Below are positions 46,544 to 56,025 of a stretch of 64,000 bases of DNA, piece by piece. This DNA is from Candidatus Nomurabacteria bacterium (lineage in GTDB: Bacteria > Patescibacteriota > Minisyncoccia > Phycocordibacterales > UBA9973). The position numbers and the translations under genes are program-made. Position 1 is the first letter of the stretch. Each line of letters starts with the position of its first letter. Under the pieces are notes generated by a model, which was not told the origin of the DNA, did not search any database, and saw nothing but the letters and a program-made list of their open reading frames with translations. The stretch lies in assembly GCA_023898605.1 (NCBI GenBank), contig CP060230.1:466444-530443 (forward strand). Direction: 5' to 3'.

Positions 46544-47614
46544 GTGAACATAACGAAAAAGAAACTAGTGGGATTTTTAGCCTTTACAGTTTTTGTCTTT
46601 TCTGGTGTTTTGATTTCTTCAAAAGACGTGCTTGCGGGGTTCCTTTCTATTTTCCCAACCAAAGAAACTGAAGCCAAAGAACCAGAGGTTCAAAATATCC
46701 AAAACCTCGGCCTTCTCTCTTCAAATATCTCTGTAAAAAAGGATGACGATCACACAACTGAGGACCTTCTCGCTGTTGAAGGTGGAGCGCTTGTCCCCGG
46801 ACAAGGTCCTAGTGGTGGAGCGAGTGGAGTGTTTGTTCCAGCATCTTCTGACGACATTTCTCTATATATAGTAAGAAATGGAGATACTCTTTCTGAAATC
46901 GCCAAGATGTATAACGTTTCTGTAAATACAATAATCTGGGCAAACGACCTAAAAGGTAAATCTATAAGACCAGGACAAGAACTCGTTATTTTGCCAGTTA
47001 GCGGAATAAGACACATAGTAAAAAGCGGCGACACCCTAAAGAAGATCGCAAGCATGTATTCTGGTGACGAAGCCGACATCGCGCTATATAACGGTCTTTC
47101 TACTGGACAATCTCTAACAATCGGAATGGAAATAATCGTACCAAACGGTGAAGTTGTAGAAGTTCAAAAACCAACAGTTGCAAAAAGTTCTTCAAGTACT
47201 AAGTCTTCTGCTTCTAGTGCCAAAACTAGTTCCCTTCCAAACAAGAACAGCATGTTTATAAGACCTCTAGCGGGCGGAACAAGAACACAGGGTTACCACG
47301 GGAAAAACGCAGTTGATATTGGTGCACCGACAGGAACACCTATATATGCTGCAGCATCTGGACGTGTTATCTTGGCGGACGCTGTAGGATATAACGGAGG
47401 TTATGGTGAATATGTGATTATCGATCATGGAAATGGAGTAAAGACTCTGTACGCTCACATGTCACGTGTTGCAACAGTTACCGGAGCAAACGTTTCTCAG
47501 GGTGAAGTTATCGGTTATGTTGGATCAACTGGTAGATCTACTGGTCCACACCTCCACTGGGAAGTAAACGGAGCAAAGAATCCAATCGCCAGCGATCCAA
47601 GATTCGGACTATAA
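46544..47614 (+). CDS. secreted LysM-domain (x2) M23 family metallopeptidase (peptidoglycan endopeptidase)
   Basis: N-terminal TM/signal, two LysM motifs (YIVRNGDTLSEIA..., HIVKSGDTLKKIA...), M23 HxxxD/HxH motifs (DIGAPTGTP...GYVGSTGRSTGPHLHWEV). Confidence 0.8.
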   Translation: MNITKKKLVGFLAFTVFVFSGVLISSKDVLAGFLSIFPTKETEAKEPEVQNIQNLGLLSSNISVKKDDDHTTEDLLAVEGGALVPGQGPSGGASGVFVPASSDDISLYIVRNGDTLSEIAKMYNVSVNTIIWANDLKGKSIRPGQELVILPVSGIRHIVKSGDTLKKIASMYSGDEADIALYNGLSTGQSLTIGMEIIVPNGEVVEVQKPTVAKSSSSTKSSASSAKTSSLPNKNSMFIRPLAGGTRTQGYHGKNAVDIGAPTGTPIYAAASGRVILADAVGYNGGYGEYVIIDHGNGVKTLYAHMSRVATVTGANVSQGEVIGYVGSTGRSTGPHLHWEVNGAKNPIASDPRFGL

Positions 47615-47629
47615 AATTTTTATAAAACA

Positions 47630-47654
47630 AACCCCGCCACTCGGCGGGGTTTTT
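47630..47654 (+). terminator. Rho-independent terminator CCCCGCC-actc-GGCGGGG + T5
   Basis: Perfect 7-bp GC stem followed by TTTTT, 16 nt after the LysM-M23 stop. Confidence 0.75.
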
Positions 47655-47679
47655 CATTGCCTAAAAAATTAACAAACAA

Positions 47680-47718
47680 AAGGTAACACAAAACTACGAT
47701 CGTGAAATGTGTTACCTT
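47680..47718 (-). terminator. terminator-like hairpin (AAAGGTAACACA...TGTGTTACCTTT, 12-bp stem) followed by T-rich tract on the minus strand
   Basis: Long inverted repeat downstream of the comM-like stop. Confidence 0.5.
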
Positions 47719-47742
47719 TTGTTTGTTTATTTGAAGGCTTGT

Positions 47743-49284
47743 TTAGAATTTTGGTCGATATTGAAGTGCTTCCAATAAGTGTGCTTCTTTTATGTCTTCT
47801 TCACCTTCTAAGTCCGCAATTGTTCTAGCTATTTTTTGTACGCGATGAAAAGCCCGCGCAGAAAGTCCCAGCTTCTCTGCACTTTTGACCAAAATGTTTT
47901 TTAAATTTTCGTCGAGCTTTGCATAAACCTCTAGATCTTTTACATTCATGTCGGAGTTTAGAAAAACTTTTTTTCCATCTTTTTCGAAACGATTTTTTTG
48001 AGCTTTTCTAGCAAGCGAAACTCTTTCTTTTACCGAAGAAGTTTTTTCTGCGTTTTCGTCTTTGTCGCCAAGTTTTGCTAGATCTATATCACCAACAAGG
48101 ATCCACATATCTACACGATCCATGATTGGTCCAGATATTTTTCTTTTGTATCTTTCTATGTCACTTTGTCTACAAATACACCTTTTCTTTGTTGAAGTTA
48201 GGTTTCCGCAAGGACATGGATTCATAGCTGCGATAAGCATAAAGTTTGACGGAAATATTGCTCGTCCGCTTGCTCGTGTTATAGAAACTATGTTGTCTTC
48301 AAGTGGTTGACGCATGGCCTCTAAAACTTTCTTGTCGAACTCGGGAAGTTCGTCCATAAAAAGTACACCTCTATGAGCGAGTGTTACTTCTCCGGGTTTT
48401 GGTTTTGCCCCACCACCGATTAGTGAAACATAAGAAGCAGTGTGATGCGGTGATCGAAATGGTGGCATTGTCACAAAGTCTTCATCTAGTACTCCAGAGA
48501 CAGAGTGTATCCCCGTAACTTCTATAACTTCTTCGTTTGAAAGTGGTGGCAAAAGTGATCGGAAAACTTTTGCAAGCATTGTTTTTCCTGTGCCGGGTGG
48601 CCCATAAAGTGCGATGTTGTGCCCTCCCGCTGCGGCGATTTCAAGTCCCCTCTTTGCACTTTCTTGTCCTCTTATGTCACTTATGTCGAAAATACTTTGA
48701 GCACTTTCTTGGTAAACAATTTCCGTTTCTTTTTCTGGAGTAAGAGAAAATATTTTTTCTTCACTTTCTTTTATGTGCTCAACCAGGTCTTTCAGTTTCT
48801 CCACTCCGTATATAGTTATACCTCTTACGAGCCCCGCTTCTTTTACATTTTGTTTCGGGACAAACACTTCTGTGAAACCAGAATTCTTTGCGGCTATTAC
48901 AAGTGGTAGGGTGCCTCGAATAGGTTTGATTTCTCCATTGAGCGACAACTCTCCCAAGAAAATCATATTGTCTGTACTTGCTTTGATTTGAGAGCTAGAT
49001 AGTAAGTATGATATAGCTATCGCAATATCGAAAGAAGAGCCGTCTTTCTTTATGTCGGCTGGAGACAGTGAAACAACTATTTTTTGATTACTTTGTTTTG
49101 GACTGTGAAACCCAGAATTCTTGAGCGCAGATGAAACACGATCTTTTGCTTCGTCTACAGATTTTTCCGCAAGACCAACTATCGAAAAAGCATGAAGTGT
49201 GTTTGGGGTTATGTCTGTCTCTACTGTGATTATTCCAGCATCAAGAAGATCTGGTTGTGCCGAGTAGACTCTAGAAAATGCCAT
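47743..49284 (-). CDS. YifB/ComM-family Mg-chelatase-like AAA+ ATPase
   Basis: Lon-like N-domain, Walker A YGPPGTGKTMLA, Walker B VLFMDELPEF, C-terminal ChlI-like domain; 513 aa. Confidence 0.8.
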   Translation of the reverse strand: MAFSRVYSAQPDLLDAGIITVETDITPNTLHAFSIVGLAEKSVDEAKDRVSSALKNSGFHSPKQSNQKIVVSLSPADIKKDGSSFDIAIAISYLLSSSQIKASTDNMIFLGELSLNGEIKPIRGTLPLVIAAKNSGFTEVFVPKQNVKEAGLVRGITIYGVEKLKDLVEHIKESEEKIFSLTPEKETEIVYQESAQSIFDISDIRGQESAKRGLEIAAAGGHNIALYGPPGTGKTMLAKVFRSLLPPLSNEEVIEVTGIHSVSGVLDEDFVTMPPFRSPHHTASYVSLIGGGAKPKPGEVTLAHRGVLFMDELPEFDKKVLEAMRQPLEDNIVSITRASGRAIFPSNFMLIAAMNPCPCGNLTSTKKRCICRQSDIERYKRKISGPIMDRVDMWILVGDIDLAKLGDKDENAEKTSSVKERVSLARKAQKNRFEKDGKKVFLNSDMNVKDLEVYAKLDENLKNILVKSAEKLGLSARAFHRVQKIARTIADLEGEEDIKEAHLLEALQYRPKF

Positions 49285-49324
49285 AAATTTATTCTAACAA
49301 TTATTTTTGTTTACAAAAGAAAAA

Positions 49325-49350
49325 ATCCCCGATGTTCGGGGGTTTTTTTA
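49325..49350. terminator. bidirectional Rho-independent terminator ATCCCCGATGTTCGGGGGT flanked by A6/T7; overlaps the stop codon of the DksA/TraR-like gene
   Basis: CCCCG-atgtt-CGGGG stem with A/T runs on both sides. Confidence 0.75.
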
Positions 49351-49698
49351 ATTCATGTGAGCTTTACATGTGTCTGCTGCGGGATTTGCACCAAGTCTGT
49401 CTTCTTCTATTTTTTCTCCACAAACACTGCATGTTCCGTATGTTCCATTCTCGATTCTTTTTAGAGCTCCTTCTACACTCATCCATCTTGCTTCGAGCAC
49501 TGCAAGTTCTCCACTTCTTTCTCCGAAGTCTTCGAACCTGTCTGCAACATCGTTTAGGTCTGCTGTGTCGTCACCTATGTTTTGCGGTACGGCTTCCCAG
49601 TCTCCAGTCTTTTCATTGTAGACAGCGATCTCTCTTAGTTCTTTGTCTAGTGTTGCTCTTTCTTCCAAAAGCGCATTTTTGTATGTATCTGTATTCAT
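49348..49698 (-). CDS. DksA/TraR-family C4-type zinc-finger protein
   Basis: Coiled-coil N-terminal region plus C-terminal CSVCGEKI...C..H zinc finger characteristic of the DksA/TraR/YteA family; 116 aa. Confidence 0.6.
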   Translation of the reverse strand: MNTDTYKNALLEERATLDKELREIAVYNEKTGDWEAVPQNIGDDTADLNDVADRFEDFGERSGELAVLEARWMSVEGALKRIENGTYGTCSVCGEKIEEDRLGANPAADTCKAHMN

Positions 49699-49740
49699 GT
49701 TCTAATTATACGAAATATCTCGGTGTCAGTAAACCAGCTT

Positions 49741-50655
49741 CTAAAAGGCTTTGTTTCTTACTCTTTCAGCAAGGATATCAAAAACTTTTTTACTTCGAGT
49801 TATGATAACTGTGTTAGAGTTCACAAAACCGTACAACAAAACTTCCTCACCCTCTATCTCGAAAATCCTTAGATCTATATTTTGGTATAAATCATCCACC
49901 CACTCACCAGAAGAACTTTTGTTTATGGTTGTTTTGTCTATCAAGAAAAATTCTCCAGCAGAAGTTACTATGTTTTTTTCCCAATCCAGCATCCCCGCAA
50001 AAAGATCATCTCTAGAATCTGTTTGTATTATGAGTGACACACCGTTTGATTCTTGATATACATCTCTTGCAAACGTGAAACTGTTGGCAGAACTCCGAGT
50101 TACGATAAGCGGAATCTTTAGATCAAAGAACCTCCCTATTTGTGAAAGGTCTGCAACTTTTTCTCCTTCGAAACTTGTATAAGAAAAAATTATGTCAGAT
50201 ATTCCTGGTGTTTGAATTTTTCTTATGTTTTCTATTTGAGTTTCTTTGTCGTTTTCAAGTTTTATAATTTTTGTATTTTCTGTATATATTTTTTCTTCGT
50301 CCGGCGTGTTTTGAGAAGAAGAATCTTTTTTTAGTTTCGGTATGAGATATGCTGCTCCTAAAACCATCATTCCAAGAACTGCAACGAGAAGTGAAGCCTT
50401 GGCCCAAGAATTTGTAGTTTTGTTTTCTCTACCAGAGTTTCTCCTAGCCCTTTCTTCACTTTCGGCTATCTTGATTACCGAACCTTTCTTTTCTTTTATT
50501 GCTCTAGCAAGATCACTAGAGTATGTTCTCAAAACCTCGTTTTTTATAACAGGTTTTGGAAGTGGAGATTTTTCTATTTCACTAGTTTCTAGTTTGGTAG
50601 AAAGGTCATCCAGATTTTGTCTTGGATATATGATATTTTTCTGGAATTCATCCAT
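49741..50655 (-). CDS. hypothetical single-pass membrane protein
   Basis: Cytoplasmic charged N-terminus, one TM (LLVAVLGMMVLGAAYLI), extracytoplasmic C-terminal domain; 304 aa. Confidence 0.4.
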   Translation of the reverse strand: MDEFQKNIIYPRQNLDDLSTKLETSEIEKSPLPKPVIKNEVLRTYSSDLARAIKEKKGSVIKIAESEERARRNSGRENKTTNSWAKASLLVAVLGMMVLGAAYLIPKLKKDSSSQNTPDEEKIYTENTKIIKLENDKETQIENIRKIQTPGISDIIFSYTSFEGEKVADLSQIGRFFDLKIPLIVTRSSANSFTFARDVYQESNGVSLIIQTDSRDDLFAGMLDWEKNIVTSAGEFFLIDKTTINKSSSGEWVDDLYQNIDLRIFEIEGEEVLLYGFVNSNTVIITRSKKVFDILAERVRNKAF

Positions 50656-50694
50656 TTGTTATATTTTACCCTCCTTTCGGTTTTGATAAAAGGA

Positions 50695-52815
50695 TTATTT
50701 TTCTTCTTTTTTGAAGAATTTTTCGTTTGCTTGTTTTATAGATAGAGATATTCTGTTTTTCATCTTGTCTACTTCTAGAACTTTTACAGGCACAGTCATA
50801 CCTTCTTTCAATAGGTCTGTAACTTTTTCTACTCTCCAAGGAGCTATTTCTGATATATGCACCAATCCTTCTGAGAATGGAGATATTTTTACTATTGCTC
50901 CAACTTCTATAACTTTTACAACTTGTCCATCTATTAGGTCACCTCTCTGCCACTCGCGTGTCATAGATCTGATTATTTCTATTGCGCTATCTGCTGACCC
51001 GCCTGTACCTGTAGCATACACAGTACCGTCGTCTTCTATCGTTATTTCTGCTCCAGTTTTGTCTTTGATTTCGTTGATTGTTTTTCCTCCAGAACCGATA
51101 ACCATTCCGATTTTCTCAACTGGAATATTTGTTGTAACTATTTTTGGTGCCTTTGGAGATATATCTTCTCTAGGACCAGCTATTTCCTTTTTGATTGTTT
51201 CTAGTATATGGAGTCTTGCCTCTTTTGCATTTACAAGAGCTTCTTTTAGAACATTTACTGGAACACCAGATAGTTTTATATCTAGTTGTATAGCTGTTAT
51301 TCCATTTTGTGTTCCAGCAACTTTGAAGTCCATGTCTCCATAGTGGTCTTCTGGACCTTGGATATCAGTAAGTATCTTGTAGTTTTGTTTGTTTTCTGTG
51401 TCTAGAAATAGTCCCATGGCGATTCCTGCAACAGGAGAACTAATAGGTACACCGGCATCCATAAGAGATACAGTCGAAGCACATATAGAAGCTTGAGAAG
51501 TTGATCCGTTTGAAGCAACACATTCAGAAACAACTCTTATTGTGTAAGGAAAATCTTCTTTGCTTGGCATAACTGGAACAAGCGCTTTTTCTACAAGAAA
51601 TCCGTGTCCCATTTCTCTTCTGTTTAGTCCACCAACTCTTCCTGTTTCTCCACCAGAATATGGCGGGAAGTTGTAGTGGTGCATAAATCTTCTCTGGTAT
51701 TCTGACTCCATACCTTCAACCATTTGTTTTGTGTCTGGCCCAGCAAGAGTTGTAAAACTCATAACGTGAGTCTCACCTCGATAAAAGATACCGCTTCCGT
51801 GAACTTCTTCTGAGATGCCTCCAGCTTTTGCAAACAAAGACCTAACCTCTTTGAAGTCTCTACCGTCTACTCTTTTGCCTTTTTCTAGTCCTAGTTTGTG
51901 AACGATTTCGTCTGTTTCTTTTTCGGCATAGTCTTTGGCTATGTTTTTCATTTCGTCGTCTTCTCCGAACTTTTCTTCTAGGATTTCAGACCAGAGGTTT
52001 TCAGCTTCCTTGAAATCTTCTTTTGATAATGGGAATTTTTCCAAGATTGGTACAATCTTTTCTTTGAAAAGATTTTTTATTTCTTCATCTAGATCTTTCT
52101 TTTCAAAAGTTATTTTTTCTTCTCCGATTTCTTGAACTATCTTTTTCTGCCAAGACTCTATTTCTGTTATGTTTTCCATTGCCAGTGTGAACATCTCCCC
52201 CATGTCTTCGTCAGTAAGTTCTTTTGCCATAGATTCGATCATGACTATTTCACCTTCTTTACCACAGACAGTTAGATCTAGGTCGTAAACACTGTCTTCT
52301 TGTTGTGGTAGGTAATTGTTTATTTTTGTTTCAGTTTGTCCAACTTCTCTAGAGACGTGTACACAAGCGACAGGTCCAGCGAACGGTATTTTTGAAGTTG
52401 CGATTGCAAGTGACGCCGCGTTTACTGCCAAGATTTTTGGATCAAAAGAACCGAGAGCTAAAACAGTTGTTATGACCTGAACTGGATTTTTGATACTGTG
52501 ATCAAAAAGAGGCCTTATTGTTCTGTCGATTATCCTACTGGCTAGGATCGCTTGGTCAGAAGGCCTACCTTCTCTTTTGTTGTATTGTCCACCAAGGATT
52601 TTACCTCTAGCGTAGAACCTCTCTATATATTCAACTGTCAGGTTGAAGTAACCAGGATTTCCCTTGGTGCTACTTCCTATAACTGATGTTGTGAGTACAA
52701 CTGTTCCATCGCAAGAAAGCATAACGCTTCCACTTGCTTGTTCTGCCAAATCAGAAAAGACTGCTTTTATTTCTTTTCCTCCAATAGATAAACTATATTC
52801 TTTTTTTATTTTCAT
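50695..52815 (-). CDS. pnp: polyribonucleotide nucleotidyltransferase (PNPase)
   Basis: Two RNase PH domains, KH (KIGMVIGSGGKTINEI) and S1 C-terminal domains; 706 aa. Confidence 0.9.
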   Translation of the reverse strand: MKIKKEYSLSIGGKEIKAVFSDLAEQASGSVMLSCDGTVVLTTSVIGSSTKGNPGYFNLTVEYIERFYARGKILGGQYNKREGRPSDQAILASRIIDRTIRPLFDHSIKNPVQVITTVLALGSFDPKILAVNAASLAIATSKIPFAGPVACVHVSREVGQTETKINNYLPQQEDSVYDLDLTVCGKEGEIVMIESMAKELTDEDMGEMFTLAMENITEIESWQKKIVQEIGEEKITFEKKDLDEEIKNLFKEKIVPILEKFPLSKEDFKEAENLWSEILEEKFGEDDEMKNIAKDYAEKETDEIVHKLGLEKGKRVDGRDFKEVRSLFAKAGGISEEVHGSGIFYRGETHVMSFTTLAGPDTKQMVEGMESEYQRRFMHHYNFPPYSGGETGRVGGLNRREMGHGFLVEKALVPVMPSKEDFPYTIRVVSECVASNGSTSQASICASTVSLMDAGVPISSPVAGIAMGLFLDTENKQNYKILTDIQGPEDHYGDMDFKVAGTQNGITAIQLDIKLSGVPVNVLKEALVNAKEARLHILETIKKEIAGPREDISPKAPKIVTTNIPVEKIGMVIGSGGKTINEIKDKTGAEITIEDDGTVYATGTGGSADSAIEIIRSMTREWQRGDLIDGQVVKVIEVGAIVKISPFSEGLVHISEIAPWRVEKVTDLLKEGMTVPVKVLEVDKMKNRISLSIKQANEKFFKKEEK

Positions 52816-52942
52816 ACTTTTGTATGATCTTCAGACTGTAGTACTGAAATCTATATTTCACCACTAATTGTCCAAAGACCATAGATTAAGCTTTTAATAT
52901 TAGAAGATTAGCAGAAAAAAATTATTTTTCAAATAAAATAAA

Positions 52943-52960
52943 ACAGGCCTTTCGGCCTGT
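52943..52960. terminator. terminator hairpin ACAGGCC-tttc-GGCCTGT adjoining the stop of gene 52963-53283
   Basis: Perfect 7-bp stem; T/A-rich flanks on the minus-strand side. Confidence 0.6.
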
Positions 52961-52962
52961 GG

Positions 52963-53283
52963 TTATCTTCGCTCTAGCTGGACTTTGTATTGTCTTTGTG
53001 CCCATTCGCAGATTTCGAACGCATAATTTTCTTGTGAAGCTTCAGTCACGCTACTGAAAATAGCAATTCTTCCTTTTCCGTTTTCATCGTTTTTTATCTC
53101 CACAAAAACACGATCTTCTTCTTCGTGTCCGGGCCTTCCGACATTGAGTCGGTATTTACCGTCTTCGTTTTCATCTTTTACACAGAAGCGCTTCTTGTTT
53201 TTAAGATACTCCAGAAGGATTTTTTCTCCAGAAGTTCCCAAATATACAATCGTAGATTTCATATACAGATCTTTTTCTTTCAA
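52963..53283 (-). CDS. hypothetical small protein
   Basis: 106-aa ORF bounded by terminators on both sides; no recognisable family. Confidence 0.35.
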   Translation of the reverse strand: MKEKDLYMKSTIVYLGTSGEKILLEYLKNKKRFCVKDENEDGKYRLNVGRPGHEEEDRVFVEIKNDENGKGRIAIFSSVTEASQENYAFEICEWAQRQYKVQLERR

Positions 53284-53319
53284 TTTACACGAAATTTGAT
53301 TTTCTGCAACAAAAACAAA

Positions 53320-53339
53320 AGCGAGGCCTTTGCCTCACT
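53320..53339. terminator. terminator-like hairpin AGCGAGGC-cttt-GCCTCACT with T-runs on both strands
   Basis: 7/8-bp stem; located after the NYN-domain gene stop. Confidence 0.5.
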
Positions 53340-53353
53340 TTTGTTTTTTGTTT

Positions 53354-53857
53354 TTATCTACCTATAAGATATCTTCTAGGATTTTCTGATAGATCGATAA
53401 AGTCGTCTGTAATTTCTTTTAGTTTTTGAGATGTTGATTTACCAAAAGATGCAACTTCAACCTGTGTTGTCGAAGAAAGATAATCGACAAGCGGTACGAA
53501 GTCTCCGTCTCCAGAAACGATAACAATCGCATCGACTTTTGGAGCTGCGGTAATCGCATCTATCGCAAGTCCGACATCCCAGTCACCCTTCTTGGCACCG
53601 TCACCGAAAACTTGCAAATCTTTTGTCTTTGTTTCTATGCCTATGTTTGTTAGTGCATCGAAAAACGCTTGTTCGTCTCCAGATTCTGTTGTTATGACAT
53701 ATGCTGTTGCCCTAACTAGTCTTCTTCCGGCCACGACGTCTTTCAATATGTTTCCAAAATTTACTTTTCTCTTATAGAGATTCTTTGCGCTGTGATAGAG
53801 GTTTTGTGTATCTATAAAAACAGCGACTCTTTGTTCTTTGTGTTTAATTATACTCAT
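53354..53857 (-). CDS. NYN/LabA-like (PIN-fold) domain protein
   Basis: RVAVFIDTQNLYHSAK N-terminus and DGD...IVSGDGDF acidic motifs of LabA/NYN ribonuclease-like domains; 167 aa. Confidence 0.7.
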   Translation of the reverse strand: MSIIKHKEQRVAVFIDTQNLYHSAKNLYKRKVNFGNILKDVVAGRRLVRATAYVITTESGDEQAFFDALTNIGIETKTKDLQVFGDGAKKGDWDVGLAIDAITAAPKVDAIVIVSGDGDFVPLVDYLSSTTQVEVASFGKSTSQKLKEITDDFIDLSENPRRYLIGR

Positions 53858-54065
53858 AAAATGTTTGTTTAATTATTATTTTAAAATCTAAATATTTTTT
53901 AGACTACCATCTTCTCGCCCCGTTTTTTGAGTCAGTTACTGACGAAAAAGTTAGGGGTGTTTGATTATACTCATAAAAAAATATTCTCTTATTAAAATTT
54001 CTTATAAAAATGCTTAGTTGTTATAAAAATGTACTTTTGTATTATAAAACTTTTTCAAAAAAACA

Positions 54066-54092
54066 AAATTGACCCCGTGAAGGGTCAATTTT
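54066..54092. terminator. Rho-independent terminator TTGACCC-cgtgaa-GGGTCAA + T5 downstream of rpsO
   Basis: Perfect stem flanked by A/T runs, 10 nt after the rpsO stop. Confidence 0.7.
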
Positions 54093-54101
54093 TGATTTTG
54101 A

Positions 54102-54323
54102 TTATTTCAAATTTTTTTCGTGCTTTCTTCTTTCGGCAACCATCTTGAGAAGTCCTTTTCTAGAAGAGTTATCCTTCTTGTGTTTCTTGAGGTGGCTAGA
54201 AAGCTCGTTGATCCTTTCGTTTAAAATTGCAACCTGAACCTTGGTAGAACCAGTATCAGTATCGTGCACCTGTGCGGTTTTTATTACTTTTTCTTTTTTC
54301 TTCTTACTAAGCATAGTGGGCAT
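54102..54323 (-). CDS. rpsO: 30S ribosomal protein S15 (unusually short, 70-73 aa)
   Basis: [45 protein letters not shown] matches the S15 core; C-terminal about 16 residues absent; terminator follows immediately. Confidence 0.8.
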   Translation of the reverse strand: MPTMLSKKKKEKVIKTAQVHDTDTGSTKVQVAILNERINELSSHLKKHKKDNSSRKGLLKMVAERRKHEKNLK

Positions 54324-54352
54324 ACTATATCATAAAACTCAAATATTTGCAA
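54324..54352 (-). promoter_or_regulatory. sigma-70-like promoter TTGCAA-17 nt-TATAGT abutting the rpsO start codon (implies a leaderless or near-leaderless rpsO mRNA)
   Basis: -10 TATAGT lies directly 5' of the annotated ATG; a second in-frame ATG sits 9 nt downstream. Confidence 0.35.
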
Positions 54353-54404
54353 CCCCATTTCTGGTCCCCTTTTAACGCCTCTTTTTGGGCCTTTGTACAA
54401 AAAG

Positions 54405-54608
54405 TTAGACCCCGCTTGTGGCAGGGTCTTCGTAATAATGTGCTTTATTTTTGATTGTGATTTTTTTGATCTTTTTGTGTTTTACACTTTTGCGCTGGGC
54501 GTTTGTTTTTGGTGAGGCAGTTGCCTCGAGTTTGTTTTTTGGAGAGGATTTATTTATTTTTTTTGATTTCGCCCTCCACGCCATTTGTAAAAAGACTTCT
54601 CGTCTCAC
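54405..54608 (-). CDS. small highly basic hypothetical protein (67 aa)
   Basis: K/R-rich ORF whose last codons and stop lie inside a GACCC...GGGTC terminator hairpin followed by a T-run; could be spurious. Confidence 0.3.
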   Translation of the reverse strand: MRREVFLQMAWRAKSKKINKSSPKNKLEATASPKTNAQRKSVKHKKIKKITIKNKAHYYEDPATSGV

Positions 54609-54718
54609 AACGTGTATGTTACCGAACTATGCTTGGCTCTATTATAACACAAACAAAAAATAGTCAACAAAAATTTCCTGTGGATTAAAAAAGTCCTGCG
54701 GTGTGCAGGACTGTGCGG

Positions 54719-54994
54719 TTACTCTTTTTCCATCTCACTGATGGTTTTTTGGGGCGGAAATATGAAATACTTCAACCCAAGAATTACGAAGTAATAAACC
54801 CGCAGGCCTACTTCTTCAAGCTTCAAACCAAGCGAGACACATACCAGAGGGAACAGAACCGAAATAATCATGGTTGGCCACCTTCCCCATTCCGGATCTA
54901 TATACTCTGTGGGTATTCCAAATTTGATCAGAATTTTGAGTAAAAGAAAGACTATTGTGGCTATAGATATATAGCCGAGTATCTTGTTTTTCAT
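54719..54994 (-). CDS. small 2-TM membrane protein, hypothetical
   Basis: 91 aa, two hydrophobic helices; no family recognised. Confidence 0.3.
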   Translation of the reverse strand: MKNKILGYISIATIVFLLLKILIKFGIPTEYIDPEWGRWPTMIISVLFPLVCVSLGLKLEEVGLRVYYFVILGLKYFIFPPQKTISEMEKE

Positions 54995-55103
54995 TTTTCT
55001 TGTACTTGTTTACTCTATTTATAGTACATACACCCTGTTTTTACAAGATTTTGAGATATTCACTATATTTTGCGACTACCTATGCTAAAATATAGATAAT
55101 TAT

Positions 55104-56015
55104 ATGAGTGAAATAGAAAGATATCTAAGAGAGTTTCTAGAATACAAAGAGATCGAAAAGGGTCAAAGTCTAAAAACAGTCGAAAATTATGAAAGATACA
55201 TAAGTAGATTCTTGGATTTCTCAAAGATATCTTCAGCCAAGGATATAAACGAAGACATTTTGCGAGAATACAGACTTTTCTTGAATAGACTCCCGGGGAT
55301 GAAGGTTCGTGGACAAACTAGGGCAAATCTCAAGAAAAATACACAAAATTACCACCTTATTGCCCTAAGAGCGTTTCTAAAATACCTATCAAAAAGGGGG
55401 GTAAAGACAGTTTCTCCCGAAAAAATAGAGCTAGCCAAGACAGGTGGTAGAGAGTTGGATCTGGTTTCTTCTGCGGAGCTAGATAGACTACTGTCTTCTC
55501 CAGACGAAACAACGGAAAAAGGCTTACGAGACAAGGCTATTTTGGAGCTCTTCTTTTCTACTGGTCTTCGTCTTTCGGAGCTCTGTTCTCTCAATAGAGA
55601 TCTGGATTTATCCAAAGATGAATTTTCTATAAGAGGAAAGGGTGAAAAAGTAAGGGTCGTTTTTCTTTCTAGTGCAGCTAAAACGGCCATAAAAAAGTAT
55701 CTTGATAAAAGAAAAGACATGAAAGAGCCACTTTTTGTACAGAATTCGTTTAGAAAGACAGATGACGGAAGACTTTCTCCTAGATCCATAGAAAGAATGG
55801 TAAAAACTTACGCTACAAAAGCCGGAATTTCCAAAAAAGTCACTCCCCACGTTCTAAGACACGGTTTTGCAACTGACTTACTTTCAAATGGTGCTGATAT
55901 AAGAAGTGTTCAGATGATGCTTGGGCACGCAAATATTGCTACAACTCAGGTATATACTCACCTTACAGACAAAAAACTCCGAGAAATACATAAGAAGTTT
56001 CATAGTAGGAAATAA
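55104..56015 (+). CDS. tyrosine site-specific recombinase XerC/XerD family
   Basis: N-terminal SAM-like core-binding domain; catalytic R...HVLRHGFAT...GHANIATTQVYTH with Tyr; 303 aa. Confidence 0.8.
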   Translation: MSEIERYLREFLEYKEIEKGQSLKTVENYERYISRFLDFSKISSAKDINEDILREYRLFLNRLPGMKVRGQTRANLKKNTQNYHLIALRAFLKYLSKRGVKTVSPEKIELAKTGGRELDLVSSAELDRLLSSPDETTEKGLRDKAILELFFSTGLRLSELCSLNRDLDLSKDEFSIRGKGEKVRVVFLSSAAKTAIKKYLDKRKDMKEPLFVQNSFRKTDDGRLSPRSIERMVKTYATKAGISKKVTPHVLRHGFATDLLSNGADIRSVQMMLGHANIATTQVYTHLTDKKLREIHKKFHSRK

Positions 56016-56025
56016 AAAGCGCTAC

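Noticed and set aside
54451-54688. Plus-strand ORFs 54451-54663 and 54503-54688
   Set aside because: Antisense to the small basic ORF and the rpsO upstream region; translations are Phe/Leu-rich low complexity; no signals
55104-56015. Xer-like tyrosine recombinase as marker of a prophage or genomic island
   Set aside because: Its 303-aa length and domain layout match chromosomal XerC/D; no phage structural, replication or lysis genes nearby; neighbours are rpsO, a small membrane protein and sugar metabolism genes
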